From Schmidtea polychroa (lineage: Eukaryota), in assembly GCA_044892525.1 (NCBI GenBank), contig CM097885.1, positions 147,064,001 through 147,128,000 on the forward strand: a DNA stretch of 64,000 nt, in the 5' to 3' direction. The position numbers were made by a program, and so were the translations under genes. This document shows, piece by piece, positions 38,225 to 52,400 of this stretch (within the stretch, counting starts at the first letter, position 1; each line of letters starts with the position of its first letter). The notes below the pieces were generated by a model, which was given only the letters and a program-made list of their open reading frames with translations, made no database searches and had not been told where the DNA came from.

Positions 38225-38584
38225 TGAGATTTCACGAGGGCCCATTTCACGATTCGTTGTTAACGATTCGCGCAGCAACTGCACCTGATGATGCATGGGT
38301 ATTTTGTTTCGAGTTCCTTCGTGCTCCTATTTATTTTCACGTCCCATAGGAACTGGCTTACAATATTGTAAATCCAGATTCTGGTTCTATTGTTGACCAG
38401 GTCGGGAATCATTGTTTCTGGCCGATCTCTCATTAGGTCAGTCATGTCGGGATAATAAAAATGCAAACTCTCCACAGTAACTGCAACATATTCGTCTGAA
38501 AATAAAATATTAAAAATGAAAATAATAAATTTAAATTTACCAGTGTTCGATCTCGTTTCCGATAGGAGTAGTTATGTTATACAT
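38225..38584 (-). pseudogene. Homologue of the spliced 120-aa Cys-motif gene
   Basis: MYNI... exon, GT-AG intron 38540-38497, then DEYVAVTVESLHFYYPDM...IPDLVNNRTRIWIYNIVSQFLWDVKI...PCIIRCSCC. Exon 1 is one base out of phase. Confidence 0.8.
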
Positions 38585-38639
38585 TTTAAAAATGACATTA
38601 AATGAAGAAACATATTTTTAAACATATTTCAACCAATTA

Positions 38640-39066
38640 GATATTGGCAAATAGATAGATTTCATTTTGAATGCTAGTAACAAATCCTTATACTTCAAAT
38701 TTATCAATCCTAGCAACTCTATTTTCCACTAGCAAACACGTTAACACACATGAGATTATATTTTTAAAGTCTCAAAGCACAAAATAATTCTGGTTCGAAC
38801 ATATAATTGCACTTTCTTGACATGTTGTATTAATTGATATCCACATCCATAGTTACCACAATTGATTGGATTTTAATATTATTTATTTGATATTGTAACT
38901 TATTAACATCCAAAGATTTCTTACATCCCATTATTCTGCATTTACTGGGTTTGAAAAATATTATCGGGTGTTTTGCGCTTCTATCAACAATTCGCTGTGG
39001 TTTTCCATTTAGGAACTTCATTTTAGATACATCAAAATTTCCATTATAATCTATATTTGATAACAT
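38640..39066 (-). pseudogene. TBP: TBP-like pseudogene
   Basis: MLSNIDYNGNFDVSKMKFLNGKPQ...KCRIMGCK (31/49 identical to the first copy by manual count); FEPELFCAL and VNVFASGK in a shifted frame. Confidence 0.85.
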
Positions 39067-39168
39067 TATTAAATTAATTATGAAAAATTAATCTTTATAC
39101 AAAATCTTTAGAAAGAGTTCATTAAAATCTTTATTATAAACAAAAAACTATATTTATTAAACGTAATA

Positions 39169-39625
39169 ATGGAATCAAGAAATGATGCGGTATACTAAAT
39201 CGTTGGCCCAAGCGGTAGCGGAAAAGGTTTGTTTGTTTGTAAGGTATTACATTCTCAATTATCCAAATCAAAATTGAACAAGATTTATTAGGATCAGGTG
39301 CAAATGAAGAATATGGATTGACTTAAGATAATTTCTGTAAGTTGAAAAATATGAAAATAGTAAAGGGGTTGGATAAAAACTGGTCAAGTCGGTTAAAGAA
39401 AGACGATGCCATCATTATCGATAACTTATATCAAGAAGCTAATAAAGAAAAGATTTTTAATAATTTATTTGCTAAAATCAGTAGACAACTTTATCATAAC
39501 TTATCATACACGTGTTGGTGTTATTTTGATTTTTATAACTCAAAATCTATTTTATTTGGGTGTCACACTTCGGACACTTAATTTAAATGTTCATTATTTA
39601 ATTGTTTCAAAAATCCTGGAGATGC
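39169..39625 (+). pseudogene. Packaging ATPase pseudogene
   Basis: MESRNDAVY*IVGPSGSGK; KNWSSRLKKDDAIIIDNLYQEANKEK; FITQNLF; 3'-deleted. Confidence 0.88.
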
Positions 39626-40249
39626 AACCAATTTTGTATATTGATCGGCCATCAACCCAGGAGGTAATTGAATGTTGGGCATTTTAAGAGAGTCTAAATA
39701 ATATTGAGTTTTAAATTAACGGTTTGCGAACTGAATATTTGGATTTGAACGATCTTTATTAACTGTTCAAGTCAATGTAATAGATAAAGATAAAGAATTT
39801 TTGGGTGATAAAAATGCTGCGATAACAAATTATTTCTTGTTTCATACACTTTAAAAAGATGCAGTTCTTTTATTTCATAATATCAAGATTGAAGGTGGAA
39901 ACAATAAATACATTCACACAGCATTAAAAGAAACTATGGTAAATTATAATTCCGATATTAAAAATTCATTTTTTATTCTTATGGGCTATGCGGCAGCAGA
40001 TGATGAAATGAAAAAGTGAATTAAAGACTCAAAGGTTTTCACCGTGTTCATTATTATAACTCAAATTTATGGATCAACCGAAATATTTACTTATTAAAGT
40101 TAATGTACACATCAGGTTGAAAATATTTGATTCTGAATTATCACTAACTAGTTCTGCTGGTCAACAAATATGCCAAGTAGTTGATGAAAAATTACCAGTA
40201 AGAAGAGTTCGTGTAGATCCCTCAGTATTCGCTGGTAATCAAATAGATC

Positions 40250-40423
40250 CAGTGCTCGAAGTGAGGCGGGATAGCCGGGATATTATCCCGGCATTGATTA
40301 TGTAGGCGGAATTGCATCCCGGCACTTCATTTCATATAATCTATAGGTTTATCCCGGTACTTATTTCATTTTATAGGCACACAAATACTGCAATTAAGGT
40401 CACACATAGTACATCCATTAATG

Positions 40424-40474
<51 letters not shown>

Positions 40475-41077
40475 TTTATTCTCTATTCTCTATTCAATTA
40501 AGAATTTCCCAAGCAGCAGTAATGGATAGGTAGGTATATTCTCTTATTTATTTTAGTTAAACCAGCAAGTTGTTTGTTGAGTTATTTATACTGCGACCCC
40601 CTCTATATATAATGTGTGCATGATTTCACATGCAGAGAGTTGTTATAATTAACGTGATAAGAAAACATATATGTGCTACGCAGATATACATACACATGCA
40701 CCTATTGACAATCACAATATGTAAGAGATAGGACCGCTTCAATGCCTTTATCGTACTTCTTATCCACTGTATATAGTATGAGTTTTGATGTATTAAAGGT
40801 GTGTGTGTGAAAGTGTAGGCATGAGTTTCTTGTCACGGGCACTGCGTAGCTTACACAAAATTGTTTGACACCCCCCCCACATTAAAACAGGTACACCCCC
40901 TGAAACTTATGATTAAATGGGTAGACACCTCCCCCCACCCCCCAAAAAAAAATTTGTTGGACACCCCCCCCCAAAGTTTTGCAACACCCCAACTGAAAAT
41001 TTCTGCATAAAAGCCTGGAATCCCGGGCGCCACAGCATGCCTATCCCGGCACATATTTTGTTCCACTTCGAGCACTA
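40250..41077. mobile_element. hAT-type MITE
   Basis: TIRs CAGTGCTCGAAGTG / CACTTCGAGCACTA; exact 8-bp TSD AATAGATC; internal (TA)n. Confidence 0.9.
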
Positions 41078-41322
41078 AATAGATCTTAATTATAAGAATT
41101 CTATTTATTCACTGAAGACAAAGGACATTGTATAATTTAGAATTCCCAAAGGTTCCTCTTCATTCTATAAGGATTCCTAACTTTATTCTGATAACATTTT
41201 AATCTGACATTCAATATAATAGATCGTGCACTACTTAAAGTTCAATATTCAAAAACTGATGTAACATCTTTAACTTTATCGAAAAATGACTGATTACATA
41301 TCAATAAATTATTATATAGACT

Positions 41323-41594
41323 CAGGCCCGGTTTTAAGCGTAGGCAACGTCGGTGTACGCCGACGGCGGCACTTTTTGAAGACCGCATTTTCTAATTTTT
41401 TTTGTCAATTCCAACAAGACAGTTTTTTTATAAACTGAATATTGTTTTATTTATCGTATTAAAATACAAATATATGTATTAGATATTCAGTGTTTTTCTA
41501 TTTTTCTTCAATTTAAAAATTACAGCATTTTTTATTTTTGCGGTGGCATATTCGCATCTCGCTTACACACAGAAAACTCCTAGAACCGGCACTG
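41323..41594. mobile_element. hAT-type MITE
   Basis: CAGGCCCGGTT...AACCGGCACTG imperfect TIRs; 8-bp TSD TATAGACT / TATAGATT. Confidence 0.75.
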
Positions 41595-41737
41595 TATAGA
41601 TTTATAACAATAATTATTAAAATATATAGAAAAATTAATGGGAATGATAATTATTATCATTTATCAATATATAATTCATTTTATAATTATTTCTGTATTA
41701 AAATTGAGTTAAATATAATAATATTAAAAATAATAAA

Positions 41738-41771
<34 letters not shown>

Positions 41772-44522
41772 TCACAAAATCATTACTACTTGAATGGAAA
41801 TCAAAGACAATATAATATTCACGATAGAATTAGAGATGCAGTTTGTCAATCCATCTCCTGTAAAAGTTATTAAGACTCTTTCCGATCTGGCTTTAACTTC
41901 TGATTTTGATGGTGCAATTTTTATTGGACTCCCGGTATGTCATGGGTTTGTGATTAGGCGCCAGTCATATTTAGACTGCTATAATNNNNNNNNNNNNNNN
42001 NNNNNNNNNNNNNNNNNNNNNNNNNNNNNNNNNNNNNNNNNNNNNNNNNNNNNNNNNNNNNNNNNNNNNNNNNNNNNNNNNNNNNNNNNNNNNNNNNNNN
42101 NNNNNNNNNNNNNNNNNNNNNNNNNNNNNNNNNNNNNNNNNNNNNNNNNNNNNNNNNNNNNNNNNNNNNNNNNNNNNNNNNNNNNNNNNNNNNNNNNNNN
42201 NNNNNNNNNNNNNNNNNNNNNNNNNNNNNNNAAACTTAAATATTTATTAGATACGACGAAAAATCTTTATAAAGAAATATACGATTCCTAATCCAGTGAT
42301 TATTTTCATAAATATTTTATATTTTCGAATATTTTCCATCCATTTACTTGATTTTGTGTCATTTTGAATCAAGATTTTTGTCATCATTTTTATTTACCCT
42401 TTTGGAAAATTTTGATTCTATTGCCTGAATAATAATGTTAATACTATTTAAAATATAAAATACCTCTACAGACAACTTAAAATTCTGAAAATTTACGCGA
42501 AAAAACAATGAAAATGATGAAAAATTAACCACTTTTATTTGACCTACATAAAAACTGAAATATTTGTGAAAATATCTTGAAAATCGTGAAAAATCATAAA
42601 ACTTGTCTTACATACACTTTCAGGGGAAAATTCCTCAGTAGCGGTGGCCAATCCATGTAGTTTCAAAATTTTCAATTTATGTCAATTTTTCCATGTCAGA
42701 AAAATGTTCTTTTCTCCGATTTGGAATTAATCTATATTTATATAACGAAGACAACTTATAGGTCATTTTTAAAATATTTTTGGCAAATTCTAAAAATGTA
42801 ACCTTGAAAGAACATCACTGACAATCTTCTCTGAGATAAACAATTGTTGGTGTTTACGGAGTCAAAAAATGAGATGACAACTGGAAGGAAGATGTTAATG
42901 CGAGTTTCATCACACAGTAGTAAGAAGGGATTGTCAATAACAATTAAGATGAATATCGTATGGACTTCTAAAAACCACCACACGACTATTTCGAAACGAC
43001 AGATCACCCGTGATACAGGTCATGTTGGTAATGTGATAAGTCGGCGAAAACTACAAAGCAGATGAGCCCCTTTACTCCCCTGTAGACTTTCTCTATGGGT
43101 TCAACACTGCTACTAGAAGGGTTTACGTTGAAAAATCCTACCGCTCATGCGTCCTTTCGACTTCGTCTAAGTCTGATTACCTAATTTGAAATCACCTTTT
43201 TTTTGAAATGTCATTTTTGGCCTCTACCAATGGTTCGTTCAATTTTAATTCCCCGACGGGCTCTATGATCTACGGCAGGACGACTGGTGGAGTTGACAAA
43301 TCAATCCCCACCGGGCCGGCATTATTGGCCGAGAGAGCGGCTTTGGTGGCCTGCTTGGTCCGTTTTCATTTTGTTCTTTCAGCGCAAGAGAGCTCTTCGC
43401 CCTTAGGGCGGACAGGCATTTGCTGAACCCGTGGCTTTTCTACTTGCTGTTCTGTGATGTCAGTCAATACAGGGTTAGAAGGTGGCGGCAATAAAAATGC
43501 ATATTGAATTGTAACTGCTTGCAATTTCTTTTTTATAAAGTAATTATTTCTTATCAATTACTTATTGGGTGCACCAAAATTCAACATTCCAACACAATCA
43601 TGGCAACCCTAAACAATTAATTTAATTGGTATTTCAAAACTCCATAGCTTATTGTGAAAATGGCATTATGAGCTCAAAATATCTCCAAACATAGATAATA
43701 ATAAAACATGTGCAAATTTCAGGACGCTATAGGAAAGATCTCATCTTATAATTACAATAAAAATAATTATATTGTTATATTTATTTTTTATTAATTGCTA
43801 TTGATTTCTATTATTTCTGTGTGAATCAATAGCAAGTCTTAGTTATGTCATTGATAGAAATAACACAGACATTATTTATAGCTTACATTAATAATAATAT
43901 GGTAACGATAGTAACATAGCATCAGCATATGGGAATTGTACAGTCGTAGAATAAAACAAATGTATATTTGATTGTTTAATCACAAGGCAAAAATATTCGC
44001 TACGCCTAAGAAAAACAAATCAAATTAGCGTTACATAATAAAAGGAGTTGCACTTGTGTTGTTTTCTTGGAAATATGAAATTTTGTACATATCTTTTGTC
44101 ATCAACCATTTAATCATACATCATAAAAAACATTCGGCTTTTTTTCAAAAACTTTTGCAGATTTTTTACCTCAACACTTGATAGTTAGAAACTGAAATAA
44201 TAAGTAAAATAAAATGATATTTCTGAATGAATAATTATTATAATCAACAATAAATTTACTTTATATACAAACTTGTAGTGGTAACCTCATTTTATAACTT
44301 GATTTCCTTTTATAAGGATGTTTGAAAAACGATATTTGCTAAGCATTTGAGGTTTGGTCATTCAATTTGATAAAGAAGACATTAGGTGAAATAAGAATAT
44401 TCGACATCATTTGAAAGAATATTCATGTGGTTTATCATTAAATTGTTCTTCATTGACAAAATTTAAATTTTTTCATAAAACTTTAGGCGTAAATGGATTA
44501 AACAATAATTACAATTACAATA

Positions 44523-45065
44523 TCTAATATATAAAGATGAAAGTTTGTTTGTTTGTTTTATATAGAATTCCCCACTGTTGGACCTAGGGTGCTGAAATTT
44601 TGCATGTGGCCCTCCTTTGACTTTAGACAGGTCATAGGCTATGTTTCAATCGCAGATGACCACACCTAGGGTACCTAAGTCGGATTGTTTGGCTGTCTGG
44701 TCGGCAATTTACCATATAAATAATAATTTAATATATGCTTGCTACTTGCAGTTGAAAGTAATATAATTTTGTCAAAAGTTTTCAAAGCAGAATTCAAACA
44801 TTGAGAATTTGAATTCTATTTGATTAGTGAACCAGTTTGCAATTGGAAAAATATTGTCAGTTATTTTTCGATTTAAATTGGAGCGCGTTTTCGATTTTAC
44901 AAATTGAAATTTATTTTGAAAGCTTTTCTTATTGTGAATTAAACATGGAATTGAACCTGTTATAAAATTAATACTGGAACGTATTAACATCATTAAACAA
45001 ATAATTAATTAAAATGAATTATTATAATAAATGTATATTCGGGCGAAGCTGGGTACAACAGCTAG
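44523..45065 (+). mobile_element. Non-autonomous Helitron
   Basis: A|TCTAATATATAAA 5' end, (GTTT)n, GC-rich subterminal CGGGCGAAGCTGGG and CTAG|T 3' end (AT target). Confidence 0.8.
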
Positions 45066-47499
45066 TTTTTTATATTTCGTGATTAATCTGGTAAATAATT
45101 GATAATAATTGTTTAATAATTGTTAGTAGAAATTTGTTAATATACATATTAATGAAAAAATACAAGATTACGATTAAAAATGGCACTTTTCAATTAAAAT
45201 CTGTTCCATAAAAACCGCTCTCTTTAATACATTTTGTTTCTCAATTTTCCCATACACTGTGTACATAAAGTCCGCGTGCAATTAAAATACCTGTTGCCGT
45301 GTAACTATATGTAATTTAAAGATTCTCTAAATAATAAAAGAAAGAAAAATTTTATTTTGATTTTTTTTTCATTTCCATTTCAAGACTTAAATTTGTTCTG
45401 AGACCTGTGTCTGTTCACCTTTTCATGGCTATTCTGCAGTTTTAAAATATGGATAAACGGAATTAAATTTTTTAATAATGCAACAAATTTATATGTGATA
45501 CAGACTGCATGAATTCCGTGTATTGAGAAATATGGAATGAAAGAGCAAACAGCATCCAAGGTAAAAACGAAAGACAAACTAAAAAATGATGAGATGATTG
45601 CTCAAATCCAAATTGACAACAAGGTGTGAAATCTAACATGAAAGTTTAAATGAAAATTAGCTATTAAAATTATGTAATTAATGGCTCCTATCATTTAAGG
45701 CATATTTGATATGGCTGGATCAAATTACTACTTTTTTATATTTACCTATAAAAAAATTAATTTCTTTGCATTTATTGAATATTTTTGATAATTGATCGAT
45801 TCACGTTAAATTTTATTTATTTTTATTATTTACCCTTCCCATTGAGATTGAATATTTAATTCAACCTTTCTAGTTAATGAAACCTGATTTCAAAAATTAT
45901 TTTAAAATTTGTTTTCGTTTTTCGACTCGGAATGACAATGTGTAAAAATCTGATTTTTTTTATTGCCAACAATTTAAACTAAGCAATTATTTTGATGAAT
46001 TACCATCCTGATCCTCGGACTTCTTTAAAGCATTTAATATTTTTTTATTTTTTAATTAATTTTGTGTATCAATTTAAATGATTTATGGTTATCAGAACTC
46101 GTTATAACAATTTGTCATTTATTTATCTCACCATAAACATTCATTCCCATCATCTCTCCTAGGAACTTATTCATTTTTATATTTAATTTATCAGTTTATC
46201 TTTTATCTTTTTTACCATGTCTTCTTTTAATTTTCTATATCTTCATTTCTATTTTAGAATTTTTATCAAAATTTTCTTTAAAACTATTTTAAAAAATGCC
46301 AAATACTACAAATATATAGGAGATAAGAAATCACTAGAAATCACTTAATTTTATATTAAAAATATTTATTGAAAAAGAAATTAATTTTGCTTCATTTAAT
46401 TTTTAAACACATTAATTGAATTTAAAAAGTTTAAAAACTCAAAAAACCAATATACTTCAAATAAACAAAGTTAAGGTTATTATAAAAATTAATAATCCAA
46501 GATTTTATTTTAATAATAAAAATCATTATAATGGAAAGAGTAATTATTTTATTTTATTAAATTTTGCTAGAATTGTAGAGAAAATTGTGAATAAATTCGT
46601 TAGTCATTTTTATCCATATAATTCAGAATGCTTTCATATTCTGTATAAATAAATTGAAAGTAATTTAAGATTTTAATTAAAAGGAAGTAATTAACATGAT
46701 CAAATCTTGAACTAATTTTACTTGATATAATAGCTTTATAAATGTCACAAATTCAATTTGAAAAAATTTGCTTGAAATGATATTTCATTTATCAGTATTC
46801 AGATCCGGTTATAAACATTGGGTAAAGATATAGACCAAACCAATGATGCAAAATCTTTTATTATAGCTGCATTTAATTTGGTGTTCTAGTCGGAGACGGT
46901 ATAACAAAAATAAATATATTTTTTCAATGTTTCAACAGCTTTTTATTTTTATAAATAATTATATAGGCATAATAAGTTTTCAATGTAATCCAGAATGCAA
47001 TGTTGTTTTACCACTCGATACTCGTTGAGTATCGAATGAGTGAATACTTGCGAAAAGGGAGCGTTATAATCGACAAGTATTCGTGTGGGTTCGCGAACTA
47101 CCGTTAACTGGCATGTGTCCGACTTAATTTTAGGGCCCTATTTTTTGTTCATAATAAATCTTTATGATGATAATAACTCTTGTTAACTTGATTTTAGTCT
47201 AAGATTATAATAACATGAAAAGAAAGTTTGACCGATATTCCTCGCACTGGACGTCTCCTCTCTCGCATTTTTTCTAATGTTGCCACGACTTCTATGGATG
47301 TGGTACTTGTAATCCCTGTCTCAGCGCTAGTAAGTGTTAAAGTTCTAAGCGTAACGTCTGCAGGCGTGCAGAGAGATTGTTAACATTAATGACTGAAAAT
47401 ATTGAAATGAAATTGCAAAAAATTTCGGCGAAATTGAATGGTTGAAAGAAAATATCGATAATAACCTGAATAAAATATTCTTTAAATGCATAAATGGAG

Positions 47500-48070
47500 T
47501 CATGGTGACAACTGATACAATGACCTGAATTCCAGAGGATAAGAAATCTAAGTTTATCATAGAGTATCGTAAAAAACTTTGTCATGCTGTTGCTAAGAAA
47601 GTCAAAATGTATATATCAAACAATTTTAAAATAAAAGATTTAGAACAATCTGTTTTTAATAATGTACAAACTTGTGAAATTTATCAAAAAAGAAAAGTTG
47701 ATACAATAAGAATTAAAGATAAATAATAATATTTACAAGCGATTCTAATTTTTTCGAGAGAATTTACATGGATTTTGTTGGTCCATTACAACCAGCAATA
47801 AGAGGTGAACGATACGCTTTATTGAATTATTGACCATCACAGCAATTTATTTCCCTAAATGCGGTTAAAACACAGTAGCTCGAATACTCAAAGAAGAGTA
47901 GATAATAAAATTCGGTGTCTCAAGAATAATTAATTGTGACAAAGGCATTTGAATCAAAAATAGTAAAAGGGTTGCAGAAGACCTCATCAATAAAATAAAA
48001 TATTCAAGTCCATACCATCATTCAGCAAATGGAAAGATTGAGAAAGAGTTCCGAACTATTAGAGAAATTA
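47500..48070 (+). pseudogene. Gypsy integrase remnant
   Basis: PEDKKSKFIIEY..KLCHA, VQTCEIYQK (HHCC-like), MDFVGPL, SSPYHHSANGKIEKEFRTIRE across several frames. Confidence 0.75.
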
Positions 48071-49402
48071 CAAAATATCAGTGGTATCCAGAAGGCTTGA
48101 GCAGAAATCTGGCCTTATTTTAATTGTAGTTTAAGTACTTATGCTCTGGTCTATATGGCTTTAATCTGCGCTATTCGGTTGACTTATACTATTGATGAAT
48201 TTTATATTTCTTGCAACTCTCTTACCTTTTATTGTAATTTGTTAGGAGTTAAAGTTAATATTATGTTAAATGTTCACTACTCATAGCCCACTGGACATTA
48301 AGGGAACGAACTCTTAGTGTCCTATAATAGATAAAATAGTGTAGTTTAAATATTGAATTTAGGTTTGTCGCCTAAGTACCCTATGAGTTCATTACAATCA
48401 CAATAAAATGAATTATTGACTTGATGATTTCGTTTCAATGAAAACAGGAAAACAAAAATTATAACATTAAAAATTCCTCACAAAAAACTTCAGTTTTCAC
48501 AATTGTAGATTGAAAAGTTTGGTCTACCCAAAATTTCAACATCAAATTATGACTGAAATGCGTTAGTATTTATAGTCTGATTTTGGTGTGCGAGTATGTG
48601 TGCGTGTACTGATTCACTAAAACAAATTTGAATTATTTTAATACTTATTAATTTTGAATTTTAATTTTTGTCAATTTCGATGACGATTTTTTATTTTATT
48701 TCTGATTTTTATTTTTTATTTAGTTTTAACTAATTTCGCCCCTTTGATGGATATGGCTTTTTTCTAGAATATTATATGCTATTTTTAATAGTTTCAATAT
48801 ATGATTCCTATTTTTTTTAATTTTTAAGTTATTTTCCTAATATTTTTTAATGATCTTACTTTCGAAATTTTATTTTTGGTTTTATTTTTGATGTCAGGGC
48901 CATGTTTGATTTCGCTATTTTTCAAAGAATGTTCTAGCGTTTTTTTATCATTTTTACTATAGTTTTAATTTTTAATTTGTTTTTAACGTTATTTTGTGGA
49001 AATCTTTTCATTTCGAGTTCCTACTTTCCTTTATCACCGTTAATTCGAATATGTTTACTTTCTGTTATTTGTCTATGCTATATCTATATTTGTTTCGTGA
49101 TTTACTTCCTTCTACTTCTAGGTGTGTCTAAAATCAGTTTTTTGTCCAATAATATACTTTTTTATTTTTCTGCTAATAGGATTAATAATCCGTAAACCCC
49201 ACTTGCAGATTATTGTGTAAAAAATTAGAAATTGGTAGATATATTTATAAATTATAAAAAGTTTAAAAGATTAAATATAATATGTACATGAATTAAATAG
49301 TGTGCATTGATTGCAAATAAGTACCAGGAACTAGGTCAACAAAGCCCTTATATGAGGCGGAACATTTCAATGAGTAACATGATATGTTGTAACTTGTACA
49401 AG

Positions 49403-52400
49403 CAGCGCCGGCTCTAGCATTAGTAGCGCCCCGATGCGAAACTCATTTTAGACGCCCATTTATTTTATTGGTTTTTTGGAATTAACTTAATTTAATTGGC
49501 AATATTAAATTTGTAATAAAAACATTAAAAAATTAATAATAATTCTTTTCCAAGTGAAATACAGGTTTTATTTTGTTTATATATTTTTTTATTTTATTGA
49601 AACAATATTATAATATACAAAAATTACATAACATACATATATTTTGTATAAAAATTGACAAAACTCTTATTCTAGATATTTACTTTTCTAGCTTTTAAAC
49701 TGGCAAATTCATCAATTAAATTATGTATATCTAATTTGTCACATATATCACTTTCAATCGATATCATTGCTAAACCAACTAATCTTTCTTGTGAAATTGT
49801 TGATCTTAAATAATTTTTAATTAGTTTAAGCTTCGAAAAAGATCGTTCTCCGCTAGCAACTGAAACTGGTAAAGTTAAAAATATTTTAATAGCAATTACA
49901 AAATTGGGAAAAATGGAATCCAGTAGATTTTTATATATATATTGCAAGATGTTTAGTGGGTTTTCAAAGTCTTTCAAAAATTCCTTTGCTATTTTTATTT
50001 CATTAAATAATTCTGTTGCAGATATATCTTTTTTCTCGCCATCGGTTAGCATTATTTCTAAATCAGAACAATGTTTTTTTAATGTATTATCATCCATTTT
50101 GTTAATTTCTTTTATATTATGTATAAATTCAAATTTTTCACTATATTTTGTGAAAAGATTAAACCTTTCTTTTAAAGAATTGATAGTAATATCTAAAATT
50201 GGCAGAAAAAATGATATTTTATATTTAAGTATCGGATCAACTGGCGTTTCGTCTACAGATTCATAACCAAAAATTTTTTTCTTTCTTCTTCGTAACGTAT
50301 TATCTTTGAATTTCGCAGGTATTTCTAAATCAGCTGCTATATTTTCTGCCGTTTGAAGAATAAGACTAAAATTTTCATCGGATCTATATTCTTCAATAAA
50401 TTTAATAAGACTATTTAACGCAACTGAAGAAACATTTAAGTTTTGATTTGGATTTTGGAGCAGTTTACTAACAACGTTAACTTTACTTAAAACATCGTAC
50501 CAAATAACCACTGAACATATAAATTCATACTCTTTTATTTTGAAAGCCACAGCCTTAGCTTCATGCTTTGTATTATTATCTATTTCTAGGTTTTCATAAA
50601 TGTCAACTAAAGCATCTAAAATTTCAGCTATTTCAAACCTAAGTGGACGAAGGGCATCGACTCTTGATTCCCACCTGGTGGCTGACAAAGGTTTTACTGT
50701 AATTTTAGTATTTTTTTTAAGAACTCCCATCGTTTTGTTGAAGCGCTAAAGAAATTATAAATTGTTTGAATAGTGGAAAAGAAACTAAATGATTCTGTGT
50801 TAATTTTGGCTGCATATTTCACTATTAAATTAAGTGTATGTGCAGCACATGGGACGAAAAATGCACGAGAATTCAAATTTAAAATACGTTTTTGGACCCC
50901 ATTATTTTTCCCATGCATATTTGCGCCATTATCGTAACCTTGTCCACGTAGATCATTAATATTCAAACCTAAATCTTTAATGTTGTCAATAAGATAAGTT
51001 GCTAAACCTTTTCCTGTGGAGTCAGATACTTTTAAAAATCCCAAAAAATGTTCGCTTATTGCAACTTCATTATTTTCATCTTTATTGACAAATCTGGCTA
51101 TAAATGTCATTTGTTCGTTATGACTAATATCAGGAGTGCAATCTAATATTAGAGAAAAATATTTGGCATTAATTATCATTTGAATAATATTTTGCAAAAT
51201 TTTCGAAGAGATCAACGATATTATTTCATTTTGTATAGTTTTGCCTAAATAATGAACTGTTTGTGTCTCCTTTTTTTGTATCTTTGCTAAATGATTTGCT
51301 ATTACTATGTCAAATTTAGAAAAAAGTTCTACAAATTTTAAAAAGTTACCGTTATTTTTTTCATAGATAGTATCTGACGAGCCACGCAGAGACAGACATT
51401 GTCTGGCAAGATATTTTATGATTTCGACAATTCTCTCCAAAACAGCGTACCAATGTTTCTTTTCAACTGCGTATACTTTTACGAGTTCAGCATCTATTGT
51501 AGTTAAGTTGTTCATTTTCTTTTTTAATTGAGTCCACTTTAAAAAACAATTAACATGTAATGTACTAACTTCATGAGCTGCAAGTGTTTTTGACAAATTT
51601 ATCCAGCAACTAAAACCATTTATAATCAAATGCTGGTTTCCTTCTATTTGATTTATAAACAATTTACAACAAAAACAGAAAACACGGTTTGCTGAACTTG
51701 AATAAACTAACCATGATCTTGGTATAATTTCATTATTAGGTAATTTACGATTGTAATAATAATTAGTAAAACTTCGTCCATCATCATCACGGCGATAAAC
51801 TTCTTTCCTTATTTGCATTGGTCCTTGCTCAATAATAATTTTTCTAATTTTATCATTAATAAATTTAGGCCAAGTTGCGGGATCAATTGAATGAAAATCA
51901 GCACTATTACTTATAGTTTCAGTTAAATGTATGGTTTGAAGCTCTTTGTTAGATGAAGATGTTATTTCTGTTTGTAAATTTATAGATTGTGTCTCATTAG
52001 TGGCATTATTTCTAACTTCACCATTTGTGCTATCCTCTGGAATAATCTGATCATCCGTTAACTTTATTGTAGGTATTGTCAAATTTGCTTTTTTTAAATA
52101 TTGGTTAAGGCTTCCCTGATTTTTTTGTTCCTCCAACTCTCTCTTCGCCTTTCGTTTTCGATTTTCACACCCGGATAATTTTGTCTTTGAATTCATATTT
52201 TATGATATAGGTAAGCTAATAAAAATTTTTTTTATTAAAAAAATATAAATTTTAGAAGTAAAGATAAAAATAATTAAATAATACCTACCACCGTACAATG
52301 ATTCAATTCCGCAAAATAACTAATGTACTGAAACAAAACACTTTTTTACTATTAAACTGTACTGAACACTTTTTTATTTTACTATTAAAATTTTAATATT

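Larger units (their letters stand above)
39625..41930 (+). pseudogene. Polinton major capsid protein (double jelly-roll) remnants, split by two MITEs
   Basis: In expected order: PSTQEVIE, NNIEF*INGLRTEYLDLND, TNYFLFHTL, YIHTALKETMVNY, MDQPKYLL.VNVHIRL, VRRVRVDPSV, then after the MITE NSIYSLKTKDIV*FRIPKGSSS and ELEMQFVNP...FDGAIFI. These recall Polinton MCP motifs (PPTQxxIE, IEFxI...YxDL, NQxKxL, VRxVxVxPSV). Confidence 0.7.
38225..41985. mobile_element. Second, decayed member of the TBP-carrying Polinton family (minimum extent)
   Basis: Same order spliced gene(-), TBP(-), ATPase(+) as in 13415-15142, followed by major-capsid-like remnants interrupted by two MITEs. Termini not seen. Confidence 0.85.

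Noticed and set aside
15933-42291. ORFs dominated by X (15933, 15977, 16057, 18779-19176, 20965, 29172, 29360, 36269, 36310)
   Set aside because: Open only because they run through N gaps.
42800-43500. Coding-looking GC-richer segment (possible LINE or gag remnant)
   Set aside because: Multiple stops on both strands and no diagnostic motif.
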